Assembly: GCA_963677485.1 (NCBI GenBank)
Contig: OY781964.1
Coordinates: forward strand, 4,640,001 to 4,704,000
Length of the DNA: 64,000 nt
Reading direction: 5' to 3'
Origin: Armatimonadota bacterium
Lineage (GTDB): Bacteria > Armatimonadota > HRBIN16
Every line of letters begins with the position of its first letter. Within the stretch, counting starts at the first letter, position 1. The position numbers were made by a program, and so were the translations under genes. Below, in pieces: positions 28,984-38,383 of this stretch. The notes under the pieces are model-generated. The model did no database searches and was not told the DNA's origin. It saw only the letters and a list, made by a program, of their open reading frames with translations.

Positions 28984-31900
28984 ATGAGCAGCACCGTAGA
29001 GCAACAGCAGACCACTTTTCGTAAGGCTGTCGAACTTCCTGGACTGTCGGAACTCGTAGACCAATGTCTTGCGGGTCAGGCACTTGAGATAGACGGTGTC
29101 TCAGGCAACCTCACACCCCTGTTGTTGGCCGGCTGCTGGCATAAAAGTGACAAGAACATGCTGGTGGTGGTCGGTGAACAGGAAAACTCCGAAACACTGC
29201 TGCACGATCTGCAGCAGTGCGGTGTGCCTGAAGACGCGATCGTCTCCATACCGGCCATGACCCCTTTGATGTTCGAAGATACCCCAGCGGACACCCGCTT
29301 GATCGGCACACGCATCGAGGCACTCTCCAAAATCGCCTTAGGCCAGCGTGTGCTGGTGCTGGCTCGGTTGCAAGCACTCTGCGAGCCCACCATTCCAGTG
29401 GCGGATCTGGCAGACAGGTGCTTCATGATCGACATCGCTCAGGAATATGACATCGACAAGATGCGTAAGCAGCTTTACATGCTCGGTTACGAGCGTGAGG
29501 AGATGGTCGCGCACAGAGGGCAATACAGCAGGAGGGGTGGCATCGTCGATATCTTCCCGGCTCATGCGATGCAGCCGATCCGCTGCGAGTTCTTCGGCGA
29601 CGAGATCGAACGGCTCAACCTTTTCGATCCTGAGACACAGCGCAGTGTGCAGTCGATTGAGCGCATTCTGATCACCCCTGCACGTGAAGTGATCTGGCAG
29701 ACATCGGACAGCGACGGGACGGTGTTATACGGTCAGGAGATACTGGAAGCACAGATGGCTGTGGTGGCTAAGCGTGGTCATGCCAGTGCGAACACCATGA
29801 ACCGGCTGATGTCCGACGACTTCGTCTCACTGGAGAACCAGGTCTGCTTCGACCGTCTGGAGCAGTACATCGGCTGGCTTCATCCTGGCAGCAACGTGCT
29901 GGACTATATGCGTGGATTCGATGTCTATATCTCCGATCCCTCACGAATCGCCTCTGATGACCTTCGCACCGGTGAGGAAGCTGCTGACATCTTCACACAC
30001 AGGTATCGCCGAGGGGAGATATTCCCAATTGATGAATTGTGGAAGGATCTGCCATCCTCATTCCTGCCCGGCAGTGCGGTGGGGGAGCGGCTGACTCAGG
30101 TGTGTCAAGGAAATCGCTGGGTGGCACTTAGCTCGTTCGAAACGTCCCGTGATCTTTTACCCATCGAGGCACGAATTAACATCAATGGCTCCGCACTACC
30201 CGGTTACCGCGGTCAGGGTAAGGTGTTGCAAGCGAGTCTGTCGAACTGGATGGCGAACGGCTGTACCGTAGCTTTCCTGACCGAACAGCCGAAGCGGTTG
30301 GCCGAAATCCTGCAAGAGTGGGACATGATCGATAGCGTGATGAATGAAACCCTTGCACCTGGCAAGCTTGGGCTTTTCCGATGCCGTTTCTCAGCCGGTT
30401 TCGCTCTAGAGCAGGCCAGCCTGTTTGTCATCACCGATGCGGAGCTGTTCGGCGCGAACCGCATGAGGGTTACCCGCAGCAGGCTGAAAGAGGGGGTACC
30501 GCTCAGTTCGCTTCTTGATCTGCGGGAAGGCGACTATGTGGTCCACATCAACCACGGTGTAGGCATATTCAGGGGTATTGTTTCCCGGAATGTGTTAGGC
30601 GTCCGGCGCGACTATCTTCTGATCCACTACAAGGCACCTGACACTCTGCTGGTGCCGACTGACCAGATCGACCGTATCCAGCGCTACATCGGCGGTGGAG
30701 AAGACCACGAGCCGGAGTTGAACCGGCTTGGCGGCACCGAGTGGCACCAGGCCAAGCGTAAAGCGAAGCAAAAGGCTCAGGCGATTGCAGCCGACCTGGT
30801 GAAGCTCTACGCCGCACGGCAAGCGGCCGACCGTCCGCCATACAGTGCCGATTCCCCCTGGCAGCAGGAGTTGGAATCCAGCTTCCCATATGAGGAGACG
30901 CCGGACCAACGCAAGGCGATTGTGGATGTGAAACGCGATATGGAGATCACCCGACGCCCAATGGACCGGCTGGTGTGCGGTGATGTGGGCTTCGGAAAGA
31001 CGGAAGTAGCCATCAGGGCGATCTTTAAGGCGGTCACCGAAAACCGTCAAGTAGCAGTATTGTGTCCCACCACGGTTCTGGCGGCACAGCATTTTTCTAC
31101 CCTTCAGGACCGGTTCGCGCCTTATCCTGTGACGGTGGCCTTGCTCAACAGGTTCTGTACCCCGAAAGAGGCCAAACTCACCATAGAGCGATTGAAGAAC
31201 GGGGAAGTGGATGTGGTGGTGGGCACACATATGCTTCTTGGCAAGACGGTGGACATACCAAAACTTGGTCTGCTGGTAGTCGACGAGGAACAGCGCTTCG
31301 GTGTGCGCCATAAAGAGAAGATGAAACAGCTCAAAGAGAATGTGGATGTGCTGACTCTGTCTGCCACTCCGATCCCACGTACGCTGCATATGGCTCTGGG
31401 CGGTCTTCGCAGCATGAGCGTCATCAACGACCCGCCGTTTGGGCGTCTGCCGGTCAGGACAATCGTGAGGGCTTACGATGAGGATGTGATACGCGAGGCC
31501 ATACTGCGCGAACTGGGACGCGGAGGTCAGGTGTTCTTCGTGCATAACCGTGTGCAGAGCATTTACCATGTGGCCGATCATATCCAAAAGCTGGTGCCCA
31601 ACGCTCGGGTGATGGTCGGTCATGGTCAGATGCCGGATGAAGAGCTTGAACGAGTCATGGAGGCGGTCTACGCCCATGAATGCGATGTGCTGCTCTCCAC
31701 GACCATCATAGAAAACGGCATCGATGTTTCGAATGCCAACACCCTGATCATTGAGAACGCCCACCGGATGGGTTTGGCGCAGCTCTATCAGCTCAGGGGA
31801 CGGGTGGGACGCAGCGACCGTCAGGCATACGCTTATTTCCTGTATCGGCATGAGGCATCTCTGGATGTCCGAGCCGAACAGCGGCTGGATGCGATACGGC

Positions 31901-32529
31901 AGTTCAGCGGACTCGGCTCAGGGTTGAAGGTGGCCATGCGTGACCTTGAGATCCGCGGTGCCGGCGACCTGCTGGGTCAGCAACAGAGCGGGGCGATGGA
32001 GAGTGTGGGCTTTGAGTTATACACCCAGTTGCTGTCTGAGGCGATTCTTGAGGAGCGAGGGGAGACGGAAGATAAACTGTTCCTACCTCCGGTAGATATC
32101 CCCATCAATGCCTTCATCCCGGATGGCTACATCAGCAACGAAGCTCAACGCATTCTTGTGTATAAGCGCATGGCCGCCACCAAGACAGTGGATGAGCTAG
32201 CGGAACTGAGGAATGAGCTGGAGGACCGGTATGGTCCGATACCAACATCCCTAAAGAATGGACTGGGTATCATCGGATTGCGGTTTGCGGCTGCCGCCAT
32301 CCACGCGCAGGAAGTGAAGGCGGAACCGAACGGCTGGGTTCTGATCAAATTCATGCCTGGTCATCACATGAATACGAAACTGCAAAAGACACTGGCATTG
32401 CGGTATCGCAACGAGCAGTTCATGCCGGATGCCATCAGGTTAAGTATCACCACAGCACCGAACCCGCTGATCAAGATATCGGAAGTGATCAGCAACTACC
32501 GCGACTACCGTGACCGCATGACGGGCTAG
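28984..32529 (+). CDS. mfd: Transcription-repair coupling factor
   Basis: RGGIVDIFP, GDYVVHINHGVG, GDVGFGKT, DEEQRFG, SATPIPR, QLRGRVGR, DLEIRGAG, TRCF domain. Confidence 0.98.
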   Translation: MSSTVEQQQTTFRKAVELPGLSELVDQCLAGQALEIDGVSGNLTPLLLAGCWHKSDKNMLVVVGEQENSETLLHDLQQCGVPEDAIVSIPAMTPLMFEDTPADTRLIGTRIEALSKIALGQRVLVLARLQALCEPTIPVADLADRCFMIDIAQEYDIDKMRKQLYMLGYEREEMVAHRGQYSRRGGIVDIFPAHAMQPIRCEFFGDEIERLNLFDPETQRSVQSIERILITPAREVIWQTSDSDGTVLYGQEILEAQMAVVAKRGHASANTMNRLMSDDFVSLENQVCFDRLEQYIGWLHPGSNVLDYMRGFDVYISDPSRIASDDLRTGEEAADIFTHRYRRGEIFPIDELWKDLPSSFLPGSAVGERLTQVCQGNRWVALSSFETSRDLLPIEARININGSALPGYRGQGKVLQASLSNWMANGCTVAFLTEQPKRLAEILQEWDMIDSVMNETLAPGKLGLFRCRFSAGFALEQASLFVITDAELFGANRMRVTRSRLKEGVPLSSLLDLREGDYVVHINHGVGIFRGIVSRNVLGVRRDYLLIHYKAPDTLLVPTDQIDRIQRYIGGGEDHEPELNRLGGTEWHQAKRKAKQKAQAIAADLVKLYAARQAADRPPYSADSPWQQELESSFPYEETPDQRKAIVDVKRDMEITRRPMDRLVCGDVGFGKTEVAIRAIFKAVTENRQVAVLCPTTVLAAQHFSTLQDRFAPYPVTVALLNRFCTPKEAKLTIERLKNGEVDVVVGTHMLLGKTVDIPKLGLLVVDEEQRFGVRHKEKMKQLKENVDVLTLSATPIPRTLHMALGGLRSMSVINDPPFGRLPVRTIVRAYDEDVIREAILRELGRGGQVFFVHNRVQSIYHVADHIQKLVPNARVMVGHGQMPDEELERVMEAVYAHECDVLLSTTIIENGIDVSNANTLIIENAHRMGLAQLYQLRGRVGRSDRQAYAYFLYRHEASLDVRAEQRLDAIRQFSGLGSGLKVAMRDLEIRGAGDLLGQQQSGAMESVGFELYTQLLSEAILEERGETEDKLFLPPVDIPINAFIPDGYISNEAQRILVYKRMAATKTVDELAELRNELEDRYGPIPTSLKNGLGIIGLRFAAAAIHAQEVKAEPNGWVLIKFMPGHHMNTKLQKTLALRYRNEQFMPDAIRLSITTAPNPLIKISEVISNYRDYRDRMTG

Positions 32530-32618
32530 GTTCGCATGGGAATGTAGCATGGGTGATAAACAGGCCCAGGAGATTAGCGGTTGGTATATCTAGAGAGCAG
32601 ATTCGTGACATAGATACG

Positions 32619-32663
32619 AAACAGCAGCGGCTTGGAGAGTGATCTCCAAGCCGCTGCTGTTTT
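32619..32663. terminator. Bidirectional intrinsic terminator
   Basis: AAACAGCAGCGGCTTGGAGA-GTGA-TCTCCAAGCCGCTGCTGTTT, 20-bp stem between convergent genes. Confidence 0.85.
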
Positions 32664-32691
32664 CAGAAGCACGTATATATAGATACGACGC

Positions 32692-33345
32692 CTATGGTTT
32701 AGATTGTTCCGGCTTATCTGAAGCTTCGCCTGCTTTCGGTGCTGCAGGCTCCAAAGGGTTGGTGTCCGTTATGGTGACGCGGCTCATGATGTCATTCTTC
32801 TTGACTTTCATCACCACATCCATACCTTTAATGACCTGGCCAAATACGCAGTATTTGCCATCAAGTGCAGGCTGAGGTCCCAAGCAGATGTAGAACTGGC
32901 TTCCGGCACTGTCAAAGGACTGCGCACGAGCCATCGCCAGCGAACCTGTCTTGTGCTTCAGGCTATTTTTCTCGAATTTGATCATATATCCCGGGCCGCC
33001 GGTCCCATCACCACTCGGGTCGCCACCTTGAATCACAAAACCGGGCTCCACACGGTGGAAGGTTAGTGTGTCGTAGAAGGCCTTTTTAGCTAGTTTCACG
33101 AAGTTTTCGACGGTCTTCGGGGCGGCATTACCGTAAAGCTCCAGGTAGATTTTAGCTCCTCCATCAAGCTCAATGGTGGCATAGTTAGTGGCTTTAGCCG
33201 AGTTGTCTGGCTTGGCGGCATTGGATGCAGAGACTGTTGGTTCGGGCATTGTAGGCTCCTTAGTTTGAGTTTTGTTACTTCTGCAGCCTGCAAATACGGC
33301 GACAGCGGCGAGTATGGGTAAGGCGAGGTACCATTTGGATATCAT
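32692..33345 (-). CDS. Cyclophilin-type peptidyl-prolyl isomerase, lipoprotein
   Basis: Lipobox FAGC, APKTVENF, FHRVEPGFVIQGGDP, SAGSQFYI, VFGQV. Confidence 0.95.
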   Translation of the reverse strand: MISKWYLALPILAAVAVFAGCRSNKTQTKEPTMPEPTVSASNAAKPDNSAKATNYATIELDGGAKIYLELYGNAAPKTVENFVKLAKKAFYDTLTFHRVEPGFVIQGGDPSGDGTGGPGYMIKFEKNSLKHKTGSLAMARAQSFDSAGSQFYICLGPQPALDGKYCVFGQVIKGMDVVMKVKKNDIMSRVTITDTNPLEPAAPKAGEASDKPEQSKP

Positions 33346-33347
33346 GT

Positions 33348-33842
33348 CTAATCTCCCAGTTCAGTTTCGTACATCATTTTTATTATTCGCGTAGAGGAAT
33401 GCCCCTCTACCCATATCCCTTTCATGATCTTTCCACCGTATGACAATACGGCAATACCTTCCGGTATTGTTGCGATGTCATAGTCTCCACCTTTGACATA
33501 GAGGTCAGGCTTAACAGCAAGCAGGCAGTCTGTGGCTGTTGGCTCATCAAAAAGTATGACGGCATCTGTGCATTCCAGCCCCGCCAGCATCTCAGCACGC
33601 GATTTCTCATGGTTAATCGGTCTTGTGGGACCTTTGATGATGCTCACACTGCGATCTGTATTCAAGGCGATGACAAGCACATCACAATGCTCTTTCATGG
33701 CCATCAAATAACGCAGGTGCCCCACATGTAACACATCAAAACAACCATTGGTCATCGCCACAACAAGCCCTTTATCGTGCCATTTTTGAACCTGTGCCAC
33801 CAGAACGTCGAGCGTCATGATCTTTTGTTCAAGTGATCTCAT
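33348..33842 (-). CDS. RfaE/HldE-type nucleotidyltransferase (stand-alone adenylyltransferase domain)
   Basis: TNGCFDVLHVGH, NTDRSV, KGPTRP, KGGDY, SSTRII. Confidence 0.9.
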   Translation of the reverse strand: MRSLEQKIMTLDVLVAQVQKWHDKGLVVAMTNGCFDVLHVGHLRYLMAMKEHCDVLVIALNTDRSVSIIKGPTRPINHEKSRAEMLAGLECTDAVILFDEPTATDCLLAVKPDLYVKGGDYDIATIPEGIAVLSYGGKIMKGIWVEGHSSTRIIKMMYETELGD

Positions 33843-35860
33843 GACATCTCCTGCAAATAGGCATCAGTGCCCTCAGCGATGGCCGAGAACCACTTACCAG
33901 ATGGGTCCACCAATGGAATCCACCAGCCGGTCGGCCGGTGTTGGGTGTGCGTCAATCCGTGCGATACCAGATATGCGTCACGCAGTATCTCGGATCGCCG
34001 GAGTTCAATCTTCGCTTCATTTTGGGCCAACTTTTGTCGTAAAGCCTTATTCTCAGGCCCCTTTTCCATCTGCATACGCAATGGTTTCAGTTCGGCTGCC
34101 TGCTGCTTAGCCTCTTTGGCAGTGTTCTTAAGCACAGATATCTGCGAGTCAAACACCAGCCGGGCCTGTTCGTGTGGCAGGAGTTCTTGCTGTATCGCCA
34201 CGTAGGCACTGTCAGCTTCGCTTACCCCTTGCTGTCTGAGTTCATATAACTTCTCACGACGAGGCTTGATCAGTTCGCGGTAGTGCTCACTTTTCGCATG
34301 CTCCAGCTTTTGTGCCGCATCCTGGGCTTCGCGAACTTGGTCATACAGGCTTTGGGTTTGCTCCGCTATCTGCTGTGCTTGTGATACTAGTGCGTTGATT
34401 TGGTGCAGACATTCGGTCAAATCCAGGTTGAGTTGTGACCACTCGCCGCCCTCTCTTTCCTGTATCCACTGCACGGCATCCCGGGGTGCGCGGTGCTCAG
34501 AGACCAGCTCCATCACATGCTCTTGTTGTGCTACCACCTCACGCCATGTGCGTCCAAAAACTTCACAGCTCACATGCTGGCTCCCAAAAGCCTGGGCCAT
34601 ATGCGGCGGCAGCGAAAGAATCTTGTCACCGCACTGCTGAAGCGCATCCCAAGTCGGATATGTGAGTCGCAGTATGGGGTGAGAGTGAATGGCGACGCCT
34701 TTGGAGTTCATTTCGTCGTGCATCATCTTTGTTCTGAAAACATAAGCCGAACCCTCTTCATTCATCACAGGGATGAACTCCTGGGTGATCATCGAGATAA
34801 GTGAAACAGCCTTGCCTATCAAGGCCACACTGGGGCCAAAACGATCTTCTAGAATCTCCGCCAGCTGTTTGAGTGTGGTGACAGGTTCGGCGGTAGTAAT
34901 GATGATGGGTTCATCAAACTCAATCTCTATCGCCCTTGGCCGCACCATGAGTGTTCCACGCCCCATTCCCAATGAAGCAACATCAAATGGAATAGCACCC
35001 ATACCGAACTTGTCCAACGTATAGATGTCGGAGCCCAGCACCGCATTGTGATACGCGGTTTCTGCGGTCATACGTGTCTCGGGGTTTATAAAGAGGGCGA
35101 CAGGCGCAAATCTGGGTAAGTGGCAAGTGGATGAGTTGAATTTGAATAACTCCATGCTGCAGCTTGTTTCTAATATGCAGCCATGATACAGGTTTTTCAT
35201 GATATCTTGAAACAGCCGTTGGAAAAGCTCACTCAGGCAACCCGTAGTCTCGTGTTTGGCGACAAGCAACTGATTACGCAGCTTGCTTGATATTTCAGCA
35301 CATTCTTGCCCAACAATTGGTAGTGACAGGTCAATGGCCCAGTCGTAGAGTTCAAGAAGGGCTTTCACGCCATGACAGGTGCAGACCTCTGCGGACAGCA
35401 AATTCTTGAAGCCTGTGTGTACCAGGCCTTTCCATCCCCATGCCTCGGTGATTTCATCGACGAACTGGTCGTGCCCCATACCCGCGGCTTGTGACGCTTT
35501 TTCGAGCGACACGTGGTGCTGGGCGAACAAGTCGCGCGATGGGATCGTCTCGCTGCCAAACAGGGCACTGAGTTCACCCGCAGCACTCCAGAGTTCACGA
35601 GTGGATCCGTCATTGTGAGCTACTGAGATGATCGCATCGTCCTTACCGTTATATCCGGGTAGTTTGGCAAAATAATCCGTATCATGAGCAGCAACGATAA
35701 ACCGGTGCTTTATGTCTAGTTGGTCGATCAAGTAGCATAGAGCAGCCTTCACAGTTTCATCCCACAGTGCAGTTTGTCCTAATGCAAGGAATGGAGTGGT
35801 TGGATATAGTTGGTGCAGTTTTTCTAGCGTGTTTTGTGTAGCTTGAAGCACGGGTGGCAC
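33839..35860 (-). CDS. Hypothetical protein, BshC-like architecture with long C-terminal coiled coil
   Basis: ORF of about 670 aa, GTG after GAGGAGG (start uncertain); ALGQ, HDTD, EGSAY and HRP motifs; ATGA overlap with the rfaE-like gene. Confidence 0.75.
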   Translation of the reverse strand: MPPVLQATQNTLEKLHQLYPTTPFLALGQTALWDETVKAALCYLIDQLDIKHRFIVAAHDTDYFAKLPGYNGKDDAIISVAHNDGSTRELWSAAGELSALFGSETIPSRDLFAQHHVSLEKASQAAGMGHDQFVDEITEAWGWKGLVHTGFKNLLSAEVCTCHGVKALLELYDWAIDLSLPIVGQECAEISSKLRNQLLVAKHETTGCLSELFQRLFQDIMKNLYHGCILETSCSMELFKFNSSTCHLPRFAPVALFINPETRMTAETAYHNAVLGSDIYTLDKFGMGAIPFDVASLGMGRGTLMVRPRAIEIEFDEPIIITTAEPVTTLKQLAEILEDRFGPSVALIGKAVSLISMITQEFIPVMNEEGSAYVFRTKMMHDEMNSKGVAIHSHPILRLTYPTWDALQQCGDKILSLPPHMAQAFGSQHVSCEVFGRTWREVVAQQEHVMELVSEHRAPRDAVQWIQEREGGEWSQLNLDLTECLHQINALVSQAQQIAEQTQSLYDQVREAQDAAQKLEHAKSEHYRELIKPRREKLYELRQQGVSEADSAYVAIQQELLPHEQARLVFDSQISVLKNTAKEAKQQAAELKPLRMQMEKGPENKALRQKLAQNEAKIELRRSEILRDAYLVSHGLTHTQHRPTGWWIPLVDPSGKWFSAIAEGTDAYLQEMS

Positions 35861-35980
35861 AGGCCTCCTCGGACGGTAATATATAATCAATCTCTACCTA
35901 TGTAATTTTACCCGTGCTAACGCACAGATGCACAGAAAGCGGCTGCTATTAGGTTCACATGATGAATATGAGCATAGAGT

Positions 35981-36010
35981 TTGACGATGCAGCTTGCAGC
36001 CTGCTAAAAT
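35981..36010 (+). promoter_or_regulatory. Sigma70-type promoter upstream of bioY
   Basis: TTGACG-18 bp-TAAAAT with an extended -10 TG. Confidence 0.55.
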
Positions 36011-36050
36011 ACAGTCACTAGGTGTCACAACTCTAGCTAAGGAGCAACAC

Positions 36051-36611
36051 TTGATTACTTACCAAAATGCAAGCCAACGTTTAGGTTCATATATCGATAG
36101 TAAACACTGGTCAGTCAGTCTAGTTTTCGCGGCCATCACTATACTCACTGCAAATCTGGCCATACCATTACCACACACTCCCGTGCCATTCACCCTTCAA
36201 GTGATGGCTGTGTTAGCATCCGGGCTGGTATTAGGTTCGCGATTAGGGTGGCTGGCGCAGATCCAGTATCTGGCTGTTGGATTTATTGGCGCCCCTGTCT
36301 TCGCCGGCGGTGCCGCCGGAATAGCCTATCTGTTCAATCCTCATATGACCGGCGGATATCTGCTGGCCTTTCCACTGGCAGCCTGGTTGTGTGGATTGGT
36401 GTCTGAGCGGTATCCATCGATAGCTGGTAAGTTGTTGGGCTGCATCGCGGCGATAGTCTCGATATATGGATGTGGGTTACTTTGGATGCACTTCGCAATG
36501 GCGCAACCTGTTGGTATCGCTGTTGCTTGGGGTATCATGCCGTTCATCGGGCTCGATGCCATAAAAGGTATCATCGTATCGGTAGTGACAACACGAAAAA
36601 CAAGCCGCTAA
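36051..36611 (+). CDS. bioY: Biotin transporter BioY
   Basis: TPVPFTLQV, GAPVFAGG, TGGYLLAF, PFIGLDAIK; TTG start after AAGGAG. Confidence 0.93.
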   Translation: MITYQNASQRLGSYIDSKHWSVSLVFAAITILTANLAIPLPHTPVPFTLQVMAVLASGLVLGSRLGWLAQIQYLAVGFIGAPVFAGGAAGIAYLFNPHMTGGYLLAFPLAAWLCGLVSERYPSIAGKLLGCIAAIVSIYGCGLLWMHFAMAQPVGIAVAWGIMPFIGLDAIKGIIVSVVTTRKTSR

Positions 36612-37276
36612 TGATGCTGCGCAATATCCTAATCGCTATCGGATTATTGACTTTAGGTGCCGTACCGGTCCACTCACAGAGTGCGATCGAAGCGACTGTG
36701 GTCATCCTGCCACCGTCTGATACCGGCGTCTGGCGTGTGCAGATGGCATTTAGCGGAGCCAGGGAAAAGCAGTGGCTGATAGATAGGTTTAACACGATGC
36801 TTGCCCAAGGCAAATGGCAGGGTCGTATCACCCGAGTCAGGACCCGCATTGCAGAATCATCGGCAGGCGGCACCAGTGCTCCTTTGGGGGCCGACGTCAT
36901 CGGTGAGGTGCAGTCTCTAGTTCCGCAGCCCGGCCAACCGTTCCCGATTGACGCGTTCATATCGGCTCTGGCGGAACTTAAAACTATAAATATCGTCTAC
37001 TTCGGAGGGAATGTCACTGTGACGGACCTGCCTGGAGTATGGAAAAACCGGAATATCACTGTAAGAGTGAGTAATCTTAACGGTCTGGCACAGTTCAATA
37101 TAAACATTGATGACCCCAAAGGGGCACTGTCAGCACCTTCCAGGGGGCCGCAAGATATGCGGAACAGGGTTTTGGTGATATGCGGTCTATGTCTTCTCGC
37201 ACTAGGGGTAGGCATTGTAGTTTATACCGTAGCCAAAGGGCATTCCACTCATACCAGCGGATCATCTTGGACGTAA
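36611..37276 (+). CDS. Hypothetical exported protein with C-terminal membrane anchor
   Basis: TAATG overlap with the bioY stop; signal peptide and C-terminal TM helix. Confidence 0.7.
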   Translation: MMLRNILIAIGLLTLGAVPVHSQSAIEATVVILPPSDTGVWRVQMAFSGAREKQWLIDRFNTMLAQGKWQGRITRVRTRIAESSAGGTSAPLGADVIGEVQSLVPQPGQPFPIDAFISALAELKTINIVYFGGNVTVTDLPGVWKNRNITVRVSNLNGLAQFNINIDDPKGALSAPSRGPQDMRNRVLVICGLCLLALGVGIVVYTVAKGHSTHTSGSSWT

Positions 37277-37292
37277 TAGAAGGGAAATACCA

Positions 37293-38351
37293 ATGCGAAC
37301 CTTACCAGAACTACTTCAACTGGCATCTGATGCCAACGCTTCAGACCTGTTTATCAAGACAGGAGCTAGTCCAGCACTTCGTGTTCATGGCAAAATCAAA
37401 GTACTGGATATACCAGCTCTTTCTGTAGACGATGTTCATGACCTGTGTCACAGTGTGATGAATAGTGACCTTGTAGCAGCTTTCCAGCGAAGGCACGAAC
37501 TCGACCTGGCCTTTACAATAGAGGGTGTTTGCCGCATTCGAGCCAACATGTACCAGCAAAAGGGAACGATGGGGCTGGTATGCCGTTTAATTCCACTCGC
37601 CACACCTACGCTGGAAGATCTGAAACTGCCTGCTATTTTGGGCCAGATGTGTAACGTCAGGCAAGGCCTGGTGCTTGTCACCGGACCGACTGGCTCTGGT
37701 AAGTCTTCAACGCTGGCAGCCATGATCGACAGGATCAACACCACCCGTTCTACACACATCGTCACAATCGAAGAGCCGATCGAATACGTTCATCCTGACA
37801 AACTCAGTATTGTCTCCCAGCGTGAAGTGGGCATCGACACTGCCAGCTTTACTGATGGTCTGAAATATGTGCTGCGTCAGAGTCCAGATATCATTCTGGT
37901 GGGTGAGATGCGCGACGTAGAGACGATGTCGGTATCCATGCAGGCCGCCGAAACAGGTCACTTGGTGTTCTCTACCGTCCACACCCCAAGCGCCGCTGAT
38001 ACAATGGACCGTATCATCAACATGTTCCCGCCTCACGAGAAGACGATCATTTCCATGCGTCTAGCAGGCGCATTGCGAGGGATTGTTTCGCAAAAACTGG
38101 TACCTACAAAAGACGGTAACGGCCGTGTGGCCGCCGTGGAAGTATTGATCGCCACACCAACGATCAGCAAGATGATTGAGGACACACACTTCAGCTCAAT
38201 TTACGGTGCAATCACTGAAGGTGGGTTCTGGGGTATGCAGACAATGAACCAGAGTCTGTATAAACACTACAAACAGGGTATCATTTCAGAAGAGGACGCA
38301 CTGTTGTTCGCAGGTAACTTAACTGAGCTCAAACAGATGTTCCGGCGATAA
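37293..38351 (+). CDS. pilT: PilT/PilU-family ATPase, copy 1
   Basis: ASDLF, GPTGSGKSST, TIEEPIE, LRQSPDIILVGEMRD, GMQT; the AIRNLIRE position reads TISKMIED. Confidence 0.88.
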   Translation: MRTLPELLQLASDANASDLFIKTGASPALRVHGKIKVLDIPALSVDDVHDLCHSVMNSDLVAAFQRRHELDLAFTIEGVCRIRANMYQQKGTMGLVCRLIPLATPTLEDLKLPAILGQMCNVRQGLVLVTGPTGSGKSSTLAAMIDRINTTRSTHIVTIEEPIEYVHPDKLSIVSQREVGIDTASFTDGLKYVLRQSPDIILVGEMRDVETMSVSMQAAETGHLVFSTVHTPSAADTMDRIINMFPPHEKTIISMRLAGALRGIVSQKLVPTKDGNGRVAAVEVLIATPTISKMIEDTHFSSIYGAITEGGFWGMQTMNQSLYKHYKQGIISEEDALLFAGNLTELKQMFRR

Positions 38352-38383
38352 ACGACTCACCCTACCGATAAGGGAGGAGCTTC

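Noticed and set aside
30595-31851. 418-aa antisense ORF within mfd
   Set aside because: Shadow of a conserved gene on the opposite strand; no recognisable motifs.
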